Source: a virus
Taxonomy: Duplodnaviria; Caudoviricetes
DNA: 64,000 nt
Direction: 5' to 3' (one strand)
IMG/VR virus record: IMGVR_UViG_2603880214_000004
Span: 1 to 64,000 of that record
Below the pieces are notes generated by a model that did no database searches, was not told where the DNA came from, and saw nothing but the letters and a program-made list of their open reading frames with translations. The translations under genes were made by a program, and so were the position numbers. This document shows positions 39,626 through 51,541 of the stretch, in pieces; the first letter of the stretch is position 1, and every line of letters starts with the position of its first letter.

Positions 39626-42600
39626 ATGGAACTCTTTAAAATGTTTGGGTCAATCTTCTTAAAGGATGATCAGTTACAAAGGGGATTGACTAATGCTGAA
39701 AGAAGCGGACAAAGAACAACTGGCATCTTAGGACGCGGATTCGGTCAGGTTGGACAAGCAGCAGTAGGATTAGGTTCATCCGTTGGTGGAGCTGCTATAG
39801 CTTTGGGGGGATTAGTGGGCATTGCTGTTGGTGTAGGTGCTGCAATTGCTGGTGTAGTTCATGTGGGTTCTGAGTACACGAAACAAATGTCAAAGGTAGA
39901 AGCTCTTTCACGTTCGAATGGATTACAAATGGCCGAACTTGGAGCTAACGCTCGTAAGCTTGGTGCTGATACCAGGTGGTCTGCTACAAACGTAGCTGAA
40001 GCCTATGAATATATGGCCCTCGCAGGTTGGGACTCTAACCAAATGATTGCTGCTAGTAAGCCATTACTTGATTTAGCAACTGCTGGTGCATTAGATCTTG
40101 CAAAGGCTTCTGATATCGTGACTAAAATATTGGTCAGTTGTTAGGAAACTAGCTTCTAAAAATATCGGGTGAATTCATGGGAAATCTAAATTTATCGGTA
40201 ATTGATACTATGACTCCCTTTTCGGTATAATTAATACATACCAATGAAAGGGGACGGCATCAAATGAATAAGCATGCAATAAATTTCATCAACTTTATTA
40301 ACGAGGAAACTAATGGGGAATATACCGTATTAGGTGACTACGTTAACTCCTCTACTAAACTGGAAATGAAACATGAGAAATGTGGACTTATCTATGATGT
40401 ACGTCCTAATGATTTTAAAAGTGGTTGTAGGTGTCCTGAATGTGCAAATATAGGGAGAAAAACCAAACGAAGAAAGACTACATTCTCCGAAGAGGTTAAA
40501 TCATTAGTGGGTGATGAATACATTTTTTTAGATGTTTATGTAAATTACCACACAAAGTTGAAGGTAAAGCATAAGAATTGCGAGGAAGTATATGAGGTAA
40601 GTCCTGCTAACTTCCTAAAAGGAAAGAGATGTCCATCATGTTCTATAATCAAGCGATCTAGAAAACGAGCCAAGACTACAGAGGAAGTCAGGAAAGAAAT
40701 ATATGACTTAGTCGGTAATGATTACACCATTATAGGAGAGTATAGAAACTATGTAACTCCTATCACTATTAAGCACAACAAATGTGGTCATGAATATTTT
40801 GTAACCGCAGGAAACTTTATATCTCATGGAAAGAGATGCCCAAAATGTAAATTTAGTAGGGGAGAAAAACGTGTGAGGGACTATCTAGAATCTCATAAAT
40901 ATAAATTTGATGAACAATATAGATTCTCTGATTGTAAACTGTCTCTACCATTGCCATTTGATTTTGTTATTTTTAACGAGGAAGGTAACATAACACATGC
41001 GATTGAATACGATGGAGAATTTCATTTTCATAAGAAGTTTAGGTCTAACGAGCAGTTCGAATTGCAGAAAGTTAGAGATGAAAAGAAGAACGTTTACTGT
41101 AGGGAAAAGAAGATTAAACTTATCCGGATACATTATAAACACTTCGAAAATATTGAAAAGATACTTGATGCTAAATTACCGTAAATAAGACAATCATGAG
41201 CCAAGCCTGTGTGGAAACACTAGGAAGGTGCAACGACTAGATAAAGTAAGCTAAGTAAAAAAGACACTCAAAAGGGGGTCTTTTTTATATGCAGAAATAT
41301 CCAAGAGCGCCCGACACCCTAACGTAAAGTCGAGGGTGAAGATATAGTCTGAACTGGGGATGAAAAGACATCCCGTAATGCGGTGAAAACCCCAGAAGTA
41401 TCAGATAAAGAGCTGATACGATAACAAATTGGATACAATGACCCCATTCGGAATGAAGGCTTCTGAAGCAGGAAGAGCAGCCGATGTATTCGCGTTAGCC
41501 CAAGCGACTGCCAACTTAAATGTTGAACAACTCGGCGAGACCATGAAATATGCAGCTCCTGTAGCTGCTACATTCGGTTTAAACATTGAACAAACAGCTG
41601 CAATTGCTCAGATATTTGCAAATAACGGTATCAAAGCTTCTATGGCTGGTACTGCATTACGTGCCGGATTATCTCGTTTAGCTGCCCCGCCGAAAGAAGC
41701 TGCTAAATCGTTATCAGCATTAAATGTAACTGTAAAGGATTCACAAGGTAATTTAAAACCAATGAATGAGATTATTGGTCAATTACACGATGGGTTTGGG
41801 AAGTTAACCGACGCTCAACAAATCGCTGCTGCAAAAGCAATCTTCGGTGAAGAAGCGTATGCAGGATGGATCCAAGTTATTAAAGGTGGTAAACCTGCCT
41901 TTGATGATATGGTAAATACCCTCGAAACTGCTGAAGGCTCTGCAAAGGTTATGGCTGAAACAATGGCAAATAACTTATCAGGTGCAGTTGATGGCGTTAA
42001 ATCACAATTAGAAAATTTAGGGCTTGTTGTTTTCTCGCATGTTGAACCAGCACTTGTTGCAATGACAAACGGAACAAATAGTGCTGTTAAATCTCTTACT
42101 GACTGGCTTGATCCATCTGGTAGAGCTGTTGAAGCAGCTAAGCTAATGCAACAAACTGATCAGCAGTTAGCTCAATCTAAAGCCATTCTTGATATGAATC
42201 TCAAAAAAGGGAAGATAACGCAAGAAGAGTATAATGAAAAACTTGCTTTATCTAAGAAGCACGCTGAAGATATGATGAATGCCGATGGTATGTTAGCTCA
42301 GAAAAAAGAAGAGTTAAAAATGAAGGTCGAGGAAGGGACCATGACTCAAGAAGAAGCCAATAAAATCCTCGACCAATCTGAAGTTGAATACCAGAAACTC
42401 CAACAGGGTATTGAGCAAACTCGTCAACGTCAAGAAGCGATGAATAAAGTATTCGAACCACTTCGTGATGCAATTGGAATCATCCAACAAGTTGGCGCTG
42501 CTATCGAGCAATTCTGGATTGCTGCAACTGGAGATAGGAATGCGCTAGTTGAAGGGTATGACATCCTTACTAAACTAGGTTTTTCGGCTAATGCAATTCA

Positions 42601-43873
42601 GTTTATACAAGAAACTACAGCCGCAGTGCAATATGGTGTAGAAACTATGAAAGCTCTCGTATCTGGTGATTGGGGAGCTGCTAGTAATTTCTTAGATAAG
42701 TTAGGTTTTTCACCTGAACAAAAAGCAGATATTATTATGTTCGTTCAGGATGTGCACGCTCAATTGAGTAGTTTCATAGAAAATGTACAAGCCTTGATAG
42801 TAGCGCAAGCACCAGTAATTATGGGAATAATTGGCGCTACTTGGGACTTTATTAAAGGTGTATTCAATACAATAGCTCCTTACTTAATGCCTTTACTGAC
42901 AGATGTAATGTCGTTTGTAAATGGGATTATATCTCAAATCACTTCGTTTTGGAAAGAAAACGGAGATCAAATTGTACAAGCTGTAAAAAATGCCTTCTCA
43001 ATCATTCAATCTATTATAGCTTTTGTAATGCCAGCTGTAATGATGATTGTAAAAAGCGCATGGGACGCTATAAAAGATATTATCCAGGGTGCTGTTAATC
43101 TCATTATGGGAATTATCAAGTTTTTCGCATCTGTTTTAACTGGTGATTTCTCCGGAATGTGGACAGGGATAAAACAAATTTTCAGTGGTGCAATCCAATT
43201 AATCTGGGGGCTTATCCAATTTTCGTTTGTTAAACAAATTTTTGGTGCAGTGAAAGGGCTTGCATCTTCTTTTGGCTCTACGATTAGTAGCATGTGGTCT
43301 ACTGTTGTTGGATATTTCAAGACATTTATTAAGGAACCAATCGCTTCTGTAGTTCGTATGGCAATTGATATAGGTGAAGCTGCTATGAAAATTAAAGACA
43401 AACTGATTAATCCTATTAAAGAAGCTTGGAGTGGAATTATGGGATGGATTGATAAAATTAAAAACGGCGTAGCAAATATGTTTAGTGGTATTCACATTCC
43501 TGTTCCGAAAATTAGTGTAAATGGATCACTAAATCCTGTTAATTGGGCAAGTGAAGGTTTACCATCTTTCAGTGTTAAGTGGGCTGCAAACGGCGCTTTA
43601 ATTAAACCTGGTAACCCTACATTAATCGGCGTTGGGGATGCACGAGGATATGACGAAACGGTTTTACCGCTGCGAAAACAAACCTTCGATGCAATTGCTA
43701 ACGGAATAATGGGGTCGCTACCATTAACCCAACAAGCTGGAGCGCAACAATATGCATCACAAGGCCCTACTATTTTGCAAGTTAATTTAAACGGCATAGA
43801 AATAGCAAAGGAAATCTACTCAGATGTTAGCAAGTTTCAAGAAAGCGAGAAAGAAAGATTGAAAGTATTTTAG
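39626..43873 (+). CDS. Tape measure protein, spliced: exons 39626-40123 and 41432-43873 (979 aa)
   Basis: Joining gives continuous ASDIVT|DTMTPFG in a TP901-type TMP domain. Confidence 0.9.
40124..41431 (+). ncRNA. Group I intron (1308 nt) in the tape-measure gene
   Basis: Exon ends in U pairing with IGS (tgacU/Ggtca); terminal G; core elements CAACGACTA and AAGATATAGTCTG; P4 ttcatg/catgag. Confidence 0.92.
40264..41184 (+). CDS. Intron-encoded homing endonuclease (three Zn-ribbon repeats + Vsr/DUF559-like nuclease)
   Basis: Three KH..CG/CE...RCPxC repeats; PFDF..IEYDGEFH..D..K..LIRI. Confidence 0.8.
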   Translation: MNKHAINFINFINEETNGEYTVLGDYVNSSTKLEMKHEKCGLIYDVRPNDFKSGCRCPECANIGRKTKRRKTTFSEEVKSLVGDEYIFLDVYVNYHTKLKVKHKNCEEVYEVSPANFLKGKRCPSCSIIKRSRKRAKTTEEVRKEIYDLVGNDYTIIGEYRNYVTPITIKHNKCGHEYFVTAGNFISHGKRCPKCKFSRGEKRVRDYLESHKYKFDEQYRFSDCKLSLPLPFDFVIFNEEGNITHAIEYDGEFHFHKKFRSNEQFELQKVRDEKKNVYCREKKIKLIRIHYKHFENIEKILDAKLP

Positions 43874-43885
43874 GTAGGTGATGAT

Positions 43886-45352
43886 ATGACTGGAATCAGT
43901 TTCTTTAGTTTTAACGGGAAAAGAAATCCAAATGTAATCCCATTGCAGGGTAAAAAACGCCCTGCATGGGCTCCTTTGGAACGTACATTCCTTGAAGTCC
44001 CTCACTATCCAGGTGGGCGTTTGATAAGAACACAAACAAAAATGAGAAAAATAATTGTACCAGTTTCATTATTTTATGAATCTATGGAAGAGGCAGAAAA
44101 GTTAAAGGAAGAAATAGCTAATTGGCTTATTACAGGCCAACCTCAAGAACTGATCTTTGATGATGAAAAAGATCGCACGTATTTGGCTCTTATTGATGAA
44201 TCGTTTGACCCACAGCAATTAGTGAATTTAGGAGAAGGAGTCCTTACTTTTGTTTGTGAAATGCCATATAAGTTAGGACCTACTAAAACGGTAGAATTTG
44301 AAATGGATGGACGTGGGTTAATAGCAAATGTTCAAAATAAAGGAACGGTTCATTCAGAGCCAATTATTGAAATTGAAGTTGCGAATCCATCTACATTTTT
44401 AGATGTCTGGAATAAAGATGAATACCTCAGAATTGGTTATCCCCTTCAAGCTGATCAGTTACCTGTAGAAAGAAAACAAAGAGTAATGTGGGATCAAATG
44501 TCTACTACAGTAGGATGGACAAGTGTATCGCAGTTTGAAAACACTAAAGGTGGAGGTGCATTAAAATCTAACGGACATCAATTCTATGTAGAAGATTATG
44601 GCGATACGAACTACAAAGGGAATCATGGGGCGATTGTTAAAAAGAGCATTCCTGGAGGACCATTACAAGATTTTATAATGGATGCTTATGCTAGATTCAA
44701 TTGTAGTAGTTATGTACAAATGGGACAAGTAGAAGTGGCCCTACTTGATGAGAATAGTAAACCTGTAGTCCGACTGTCACTAAGCGATGTATTTTGGGAG
44801 GCTGAAGAAACATTTGGCGTTGCCAAGATTGCTTATCCAGGGCATCAAGCAGAACAAGTAATGCTCTATACACGCGGTATGCATCCTTGGACGTGGAATA
44901 ATTTTTATGGAAAGTTATGTGTGCATCGCATTGGAAATGAATGGGAGTTTTATATTGCAAAATTTGCTGATGGAACTGAGATTGATGATGCTGGAGCAAA
45001 AGCTCATTGGGTAGACAAAGATGGGATTTTGATGAATAAAGTTGCACAGGTGCAAATTTCTATCTGTCAATGGTGGAACAATAATCCGGCTGTACTCATG
45101 ACAGTTGATGATATTAAGATTTGGAAAGTTAACCAAAATACAAGTAATAATCCTCCTTATATTGTTGAGAAAGGAGATAAAGTGCAAATCGATACAGCTA
45201 AAAGTCTAATTAGTATTAATGGTACAAGTGCAATTAATCTGAAGGACTTATTTAGTGATTATCCTAAAATAACTAAGGACCAGAATAAACTTGAAATTAT
45301 GCCATCTAACATAGGGATAGCAAAGGTAACATATAGGGAGCGATTTAGATGA
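43886..45352 (+). CDS. Distal tail protein (evolved Dit)
   Basis: After TMP; LIFDDEKDRTY; 488 aa implies an inserted domain. Confidence 0.85.
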   Translation: MTGISFFSFNGKRNPNVIPLQGKKRPAWAPLERTFLEVPHYPGGRLIRTQTKMRKIIVPVSLFYESMEEAEKLKEEIANWLITGQPQELIFDDEKDRTYLALIDESFDPQQLVNLGEGVLTFVCEMPYKLGPTKTVEFEMDGRGLIANVQNKGTVHSEPIIEIEVANPSTFLDVWNKDEYLRIGYPLQADQLPVERKQRVMWDQMSTTVGWTSVSQFENTKGGGALKSNGHQFYVEDYGDTNYKGNHGAIVKKSIPGGPLQDFIMDAYARFNCSSYVQMGQVEVALLDENSKPVVRLSLSDVFWEAEETFGVAKIAYPGHQAEQVMLYTRGMHPWTWNNFYGKLCVHRIGNEWEFYIAKFADGTEIDDAGAKAHWVDKDGILMNKVAQVQISICQWWNNNPAVLMTVDDIKIWKVNQNTSNNPPYIVEKGDKVQIDTAKSLISINGTSAINLKDLFSDYPKITKDQNKLEIMPSNIGIAKVTYRERFR

Positions 45353-48300
45353 GAACTCCAAGCGGAATACTTCATGTTGTTGATTTTAAAACAGATCAAA
45401 TTATAGCAGCTATTCAACCAAAGGACTACTGGGCTGATAACCGTCATTGGGAAATCAAAAATAACATTGATATGTTAGAATTCAAAACTTTTGACGGCAC
45501 TCCACATGCAGTTACATTACAGCAACAGAACTTGGTTTTAAAGGAAGTACGAGATGGTCGAATTGTTCCGTATGTTATTAACAATGAAGTAGAAAAAGAT
45601 TCAAATGATAGATCATTAACTGTACACTCGTCTGGTGCCTGGGTTCAAATAGCGAAAGATGGGATTATTAAACCTCAACGTATAGAGAGCGAAACAGTTA
45701 ATACGTTTATTGATATCGCTCTTGCCGATTCAAAATGGCAACGTGGAATAACGGATTATTCTTCATTCCACAGTATGACTATCGATGAATTTATCGATCC
45801 TCTCACTTTTTTAAAGAAAATTGCTTCTTTGTTTGAGTTAGAAATCCGATATCGCGTCGAAATAATGGGTTCCAAGATTACTGGCTGGTACGTAGATATG
45901 ATAAAGAAGCGAGGTCGAGAAACTGGCAAGGAAGTAACTCTAGGAAAAGATTTAGTTGAGGTTAGAAGAATTGAACATTCTAGAGATGTTTGCACAGCAC
46001 TTGTCGGTTTTGTACGAGGTGAAGGTGACAAACTTATCACGGTGGAGAGCATAAATAAAGGACTACCTTACATCGTCGATAATGACGCATTTCAGCGATG
46101 GAATCAGCACGGGAAACATAAATTTGGTTTCTATACACCAGAAACATCAGACCAAGATATGACTCCAGAGCGGCTTATGACTCTCATGAAAACAGAATTA
46201 AGGAAACGAGTCAATACTTCCGTTTCTTATGTAGTAGAAGCACAATCGATTGGACGTATTTTCGGACTAGCACATGAACTAATTAACGAGGGCGATACGA
46301 TCCGAATCAAAGATACAGGATTCACACCTAAGTTATACCTTGAAGCACGTGTAATTGCTGGTGATGAATCTTTTACGGACCCTACACAAGATAAATATGT
46401 GTTTGGTGATTATCGCGAAATTACTGATCCAAACGAAGAACTACGAAAAATTTACAATCGAATCTTAGGGGCATTAGGCAATAAACAAGAGCTAATAGAT
46501 CAGTTAGATAAATTAGTAAAAGATGCAAATGAAACAGCTAGTAATGCTAAGAAAGAATCCGAAGCAGCGAAAACACTGGCTGAAAAAGTGCAAGAGAATC
46601 TTAAAAATAACACGGTAGACATCATTGAAGCTAAGAATCCACCGACAACAGGACTTAAGCCTAATAAAACACTTTGGCTTGATATTAGTAATGGAAAGCC
46701 TGGTATTTTAAAAATATGGACAGGTATAGCTTGGGAATCGGTTGTACCAGATGTTGAATCAGTTAAGAAAGAAACACTTGAGCAGGTTAATAAAGATATT
46801 GAATCAACAAAAACAGAATTAAATCAAAAGGTTCAAGAGACACAAAATCAGGCGACGGGACAATTCAACGAAATAAAGAAAAGTTTACAAGGTGTCAACC
46901 GTACAATTTCTAATATTGAAAATAAACAAGGTGAAATTGATAAGAAAGTAACTAAGTTTGAACAGGATTCTAATGGATTTAAAACTTCTATTGAATCATT
47001 AACGAAAAAAGATACTGAAATTAGTAATAAATTAAATACTGTCGAATCAAATGCGGAAGGTACAAAAAGGGCTATTTCTGATGTGCAACAAACAACAAGT
47101 GAACTAAAGAAAACAACTACTGAAATAGAAGAAAAAGCTGGGAAAATCAGTGAGAAGTTAACGAATGTAGAAACAAAGGTTAATAGTGATAAAACTGGTG
47201 GACGTAACCTTTTATTAAAATCAAATGTTAAATATGAAAAAACAGACTATCTAATCAATCAATATTCTCTAACTGAAAATTTCTTTGCGGGTGAGGAATA
47301 TACCTTTGTAATTAAAGGAAGTGTCCCACAAGGGCAGAAATTTGGAATTTGGCAGAATGGTGGGGCTAGCAATGTTGGATATGCAACAAGTGTTTACGCT
47401 AATGGAATAACTTATCTAACCTTTAAAGCTGTTGTGGCTACAAGTGGAAATGAACGAAAGTTAAGCTTATATAACTATCCGAGTAGTACTACGAAATCTA
47501 TTGTGGAATGGGTTGCCTTGTATAAAGGGAATAAGCCGCAGGATTGGACGGCACCGCCTGAAGAGCAGGTAACAACAGATGAATTTACCAAGAAAACAAC
47601 TGAGATTGAAAAAAGTGTGGATGTCGTAAAAAACACTGTAACCAGTGTTCAAAATAGCCAGGCTGGATTCGAAAAGCGTATGACTACAGTAGAGCAAACA
47701 ACAACGGGGTTATCTTCCACAGTGAGCAATTTAAATAACGTAGTATCAGATCAAGGAAAAAAGCTTACTGAAGCAAATTCAAAACTCGAACAACAGGCAA
47801 CAGCAATTGGAGCGAAAGTTGAGCTTAAACAAGTAGAGAATTATGTTGCTGGATTTAAGATACCTGAGTTGAAGCAAATCGTTGATAAAAATAAACAAGA
47901 TTTGTTGGGCGAATTAGCTAACAAACTTGCAACTGAGCAATTTAATCAAAAAATGACTTTGATTGATAACCGCTTTACTATCAATGAACAGGGAATCAAT
48001 GCTTCAGCCAAAAAGACAGAGGTATATACAAAAGATCAAGCAAATGGGCAATTTGCCACATCATCTTACGTAAGAGATATGGAAACCCGTCTCCAGTTAA
48101 CTGAAAAGGGCGTTAGTATATCTGTAAAAGAAAATGATGTAATCGCAGCTTTCAATATGAGTAAAGAAAACATTACTTTGAATGCAAACAGAATTAACTT
48201 AGTAGGTTTTATTACAGCAAATCATATCAAAGGAAAAGTTTTAGAAGGGGTAACACTTAAAACGAGTGGAAATAGATTTGTTGAAATAAATAAACAAGAC

Positions 48301-49383
48301 ATGAAGATTTTCGATTTAGATAAGCCACGTGGTTATATAGGATTTATGGAGACAAATGATGGGAGTATTCAACCTTCATTAGTCCTTGGTTCTGATAATA
48401 GAAAATACGCTGGTACAGGATCATTTTATATTTATCAAGTCATGCCGCGAATTAATGGAGTCGATCAACCTTCTAAAGCGTATGCAAAATTTGGGGTTTC
48501 TAAAGGAGAAAATGCAGAAGGAACTAATATTTGGTCAAATTATATTCAAATGCAGAATGACGGTGGACATCTAAGCGTATATTCAGATGGACAATTTCGT
48601 TTTCAAAACTTGAATGATATTATTTTTGAATCTGAAGGATGGGCTCCAGGATATGGTTACTTCTCTGTAACTACAACTGAACCGCATATTTTTAACAATA
48701 ACAAGGGACAGTTTACTTTCAAAAGAAAAGGCAGTGACTATAAAATACATTTCATAAACGGCGCCACCGATCATGATTTAATCATGGGTAATGCAATGAT
48801 AAGATCAAGTTTTGTACAAGGTTATAACAACGGATTACAGATTAAAGATATGATGGGCCAAGGATGGAAAGATATAGAATTAAGAACGCTACGAGCGCAA
48901 GAAAATGTAAATGCTAATGGTCAAATGTGGGCGAAAGCATTTAATCCTACATCAGCTAGGAATATGAAAGAAAATATAAAAGATATTCCTTTCTCCGCTC
49001 TTGATAAAATCATGAGTTTAGCTATCAAACAGTACAACTTCAAGGACGACATGTATGATCTGTATCAAATGCGTGCGAACAAACCGGAAGAACAAACAGA
49101 ACCATATACAACAAAAGAAATTGAAACGTATTTTGGTATGATTGCAGATGATACGGAAGATATATTTACAGATAAAGAGAAACGGGCTATTAATTTATAT
49201 AATACTGTTTCAATCTTTATTGCAGCTTTCCAACAGCAGTATCATCAATTTAACGAAGAGTTAACTACTGTTAAAGGTGAGAATAAACAACTAAAAGAGC
49301 AAGTTACGAAACTAACAAACGATGTGTCCACATTAACAGAATTAGTACAAAAATTAATAGACGAGAAATCAGAGCAGCCATAA
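45349..49383 (+). CDS. Tal/tail spike with C-terminal peptidase S74 chaperone
   Basis: N-terminal Tal fold, coiled coil, GGRNLL module, TSARNMKENIKDI. Confidence 0.85.
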   Translation: MRTPSGILHVVDFKTDQIIAAIQPKDYWADNRHWEIKNNIDMLEFKTFDGTPHAVTLQQQNLVLKEVRDGRIVPYVINNEVEKDSNDRSLTVHSSGAWVQIAKDGIIKPQRIESETVNTFIDIALADSKWQRGITDYSSFHSMTIDEFIDPLTFLKKIASLFELEIRYRVEIMGSKITGWYVDMIKKRGRETGKEVTLGKDLVEVRRIEHSRDVCTALVGFVRGEGDKLITVESINKGLPYIVDNDAFQRWNQHGKHKFGFYTPETSDQDMTPERLMTLMKTELRKRVNTSVSYVVEAQSIGRIFGLAHELINEGDTIRIKDTGFTPKLYLEARVIAGDESFTDPTQDKYVFGDYREITDPNEELRKIYNRILGALGNKQELIDQLDKLVKDANETASNAKKESEAAKTLAEKVQENLKNNTVDIIEAKNPPTTGLKPNKTLWLDISNGKPGILKIWTGIAWESVVPDVESVKKETLEQVNKDIESTKTELNQKVQETQNQATGQFNEIKKSLQGVNRTISNIENKQGEIDKKVTKFEQDSNGFKTSIESLTKKDTEISNKLNTVESNAEGTKRAISDVQQTTSELKKTTTEIEEKAGKISEKLTNVETKVNSDKTGGRNLLLKSNVKYEKTDYLINQYSLTENFFAGEEYTFVIKGSVPQGQKFGIWQNGGASNVGYATSVYANGITYLTFKAVVATSGNERKLSLYNYPSSTTKSIVEWVALYKGNKPQDWTAPPEEQVTTDEFTKKTTEIEKSVDVVKNTVTSVQNSQAGFEKRMTTVEQTTTGLSSTVSNLNNVVSDQGKKLTEANSKLEQQATAIGAKVELKQVENYVAGFKIPELKQIVDKNKQDLLGELANKLATEQFNQKMTLIDNRFTINEQGINASAKKTEVYTKDQANGQFATSSYVRDMETRLQLTEKGVSISVKENDVIAAFNMSKENITLNANRINLVGFITANHIKGKVLEGVTLKTSGNRFVEINKQDMKIFDLDKPRGYIGFMETNDGSIQPSLVLGSDNRKYAGTGSFYIYQVMPRINGVDQPSKAYAKFGVSKGENAEGTNIWSNYIQMQNDGGHLSVYSDGQFRFQNLNDIIFESEGWAPGYGYFSVTTTEPHIFNNNKGQFTFKRKGSDYKIHFINGATDHDLIMGNAMIRSSFVQGYNNGLQIKDMMGQGWKDIELRTLRAQENVNANGQMWAKAFNPTSARNMKENIKDIPFSALDKIMSLAIKQYNFKDDMYDLYQMRANKPEEQTEPYTTKEIETYFGMIADDTEDIFTDKEKRAINLYNTVSIFIAAFQQQYHQFNEELTTVKGENKQLKEQVTKLTNDVSTLTELVQKLIDEKSEQP

Positions 49384-49422
49384 GCTGGTCTTTTTTTATT
49401 ATCTAAAAAAGGAGAGAAAAAG

Positions 49423-49848
49423 ATGGATCGTATTGATGTATTATTAAAAACCTTTATTGCCACTTTTGGTGGCTTCTGTGGGTATTTCTTGGGAGGATGG
49501 GATGCAACATTGAAAGTTCTAGTAATCATGGCAGCTATCGACTATATCACAGGAGTAGTCGCAGCAGGATATAACGGAGAGCTAAAAAGTAAAGTTGGCT
49601 TCAAAGGCATCGCCAAAAAGGTGGTGCTTTTTCTTTTAGTTGGAGCGGCAGCTCAATTAGATGCAGCGTTAGGAAGCAATAGCGCTATTCGTGAAGCAAC
49701 AATTTTCTTCTTCATGGGTAATGAATTGCTTTCACTTTTAGAAAATGCTGGTCGCATGGGTATTCCGTTGCCACAAGCTTTGACAAATGCAGTTGAAATT
49801 TTAGGTGGTAAACAAAAACAAGAAGAGAAAAAGGGAGATGTTCAATAA
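49423..49848 (+). CDS. Holin
   Basis: DYITG, NELLSLLEN. Confidence 0.92.
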   Translation: MDRIDVLLKTFIATFGGFCGYFLGGWDATLKVLVIMAAIDYITGVVAAGYNGELKSKVGFKGIAKKVVLFLLVGAAAQLDAALGSNSAIREATIFFFMGNELLSLLENAGRMGIPLPQALTNAVEILGGKQKQEEKKGDVQ

Positions 49849-50785
49849 TGGAAATCAGAAAAAAATTAGTTGATCCAAGTAAATATGGTACAAAGTGTCC
49901 GTATACAATGAATCCAGAATTTATCACAGTCCACAATACTTACAACGATGCTACAGCAGAAAATGAAGTATCTTATATGATTCGCAATGATAACCAAGTA
50001 TCATTTCATATTGCAGTAGATGATAGAGAAGCAGTACAAGGAATCCCTTTAGAGCGTAACGCTTGGCATGCTGGCGACGGTAACGGGAATGGTAATCGGA
50101 AATCTATTGGAGTTGAAATTTGCTACTCTTTAAGCGGTGGAGATAGATACTATAAAGCGGAAGACAATGCCGCTATCGTTGTAGCTCAACTCATGAAACA
50201 GTACAATATTCCAATTAGTAAAGTTCGCACACACCAATCATGGAGTGGAAAGTACTGTCCGCATCGTATGTTAGCAGAAGGACGTTGGAATAGCTTTATC
50301 GAAAGAGTCCAAAATGCATATAACGGTGATAGTAATAACGTAGCCCCAACGCCTACTCCACCTTCATCTAGTGGGGCAGGTATTGCATATATCGAAGGTA
50401 ATAATGTTAACCTTCGTAAAGGACCTGGTACTGGATACGGAGTTATTCGCCAATTAGGTAAAGGCGAACCATATCAAGTGTTTGGGGAATCGAATGGCTG
50501 GTTAAACCTCGGCGGTGAGCAATGGGTTTATAACGATCCATCATATATCAATTACACTGGAGGGAATGCGCCAGAACCTTCGAAACCTTCGAAGGTTCTG
50601 GCGTTGGTGTCGTGACTATTACAGCTGATGTGTTACGCGTCCGCACTGGTCCAGGAACTAATTATGAAATTGTGAAAAATGTGTACCAAGGTGAAAAATA
50701 TCAAGCGTGGGGATGTAAAGATGGTTGGTATAATGTTGGTGGCGACCAATGGGTTTCAGGTGGATATTTGAAATTCGAAAAATAA
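49848..50785 (+). CDS. N-acetylmuramoyl-L-alanine amidase endolysin; frameshifted before its second SH3b domain (frame 0 stops at 50615)
   Basis: VHNT, AWHAGDG, SIGVEIC, CP; the -1 frame continues GVGVVTITADVLRVRTGPGTNY..FEK* to 50785. Confidence 0.88.
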
Positions 50786-50811
50786 AAACAAGAGCCGTCC
50801 TATCGGGCGGC

Positions 50812-51045
50812 TTATTTTACATTTTTATGATAATAGTCATGGTCATCCTTATCTCCACCAATCCCATCTCCATCAAAGTCCTCAGTGTAAGGATTGTTGT
50901 TGTATTCCTCATTGTCGCTTCCTTCTATAAGAGCACCTATGAATCCAAATATCCCTAATCCGATTACTAAAAGTATTACAATAAAACAACCCGCTCCCAA
51001 AAACATACTAAGATCATCGTCTTTATCCCCTTGCTTTTTATCCAA
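50812..51045 (-). CDS. Small membrane protein with DxDxDG motif
   Basis: TM + DFDGDG. Confidence 0.6.
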   Translation of the reverse strand: MDKKQGDKDDDLSMFLGAGCFIVILLVIGLGIFGFIGALIEGSDNEEYNNNPYTEDFDGDGIGGDKDDHDYYHKNVK

Positions 51046-51132
51046 AACTACTCCCCCTTTAGTGCATCCCCGTAACTTATATATACTAAACCAATTATAA
51101 TCTATTCACGCGAAAAAACTGACCGTATTCAG

Positions 51133-51486
51133 TCAGTTTATACTCACTAGTTCATCAAATTTAAACTCTGTATTTAAACCGAAAGCATCTGTACAATACA
51201 AAGTTTTTAGCATTGGTTCGATATGTAATACATTTATGTACATGTCTTGCACCATTCCGTCACGATAGTATGAGATATGTATTTCTTCTTTGTTTTGTAG
51301 CGATTGCACAAGACCGATTTGCAGCTGCTCTTTCATATCTTCAGTAACAATTGGTTTCGGCACTTTATTCAAATCGCTAATTATTTCTCGTATTACTTCG
51401 TATTGCTCTGGCATACTGGCAAATGGCCGCCACTTCACCATGCCCCTCCCGCGTAATTTAGGTGTTCCCCAACTCTGACTTTCCAT
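51133..51486 (-). CDS. YolD-like protein
   Basis: RGMVKWRPFASMPEQ. Confidence 0.88.
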   Translation of the reverse strand: MESQSWGTPKLRGRGMVKWRPFASMPEQYEVIREIISDLNKVPKPIVTEDMKEQLQIGLVQSLQNKEEIHISYYRDGMVQDMYINVLHIEPMLKTLYCTDAFGLNTEFKFDELVSIN

Positions 51487-51525
51487 GATGATCCCCCGAT
51501 TCGTGTAATTTAAGTTTAGTATACA

Positions 51526-51539
51526 CGAACGTACGTTCT
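51526..51539. promoter_or_regulatory. LexA (SOS) box upstream of the yolD-like gene
   Basis: CGAACGTACGTTCT vs consensus CGAAC-RNRY-GTTCG. Confidence 0.8.
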
Positions 51540-51541
51540 TT

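Noticed and set aside
42252-43797. Antisense ORFs within the tape-measure and other structural genes
   Set aside because: Shadow ORFs from codon bias
39626-43873. Tape-measure pseudogene broken by an insertion
   Set aside because: The insertion has group I intron hallmarks and splicing restores the frame
45349-49383. Diversity-generating retroelement target in the tail spike
   Set aside because: No reverse transcriptase or template/variable repeat pair seen
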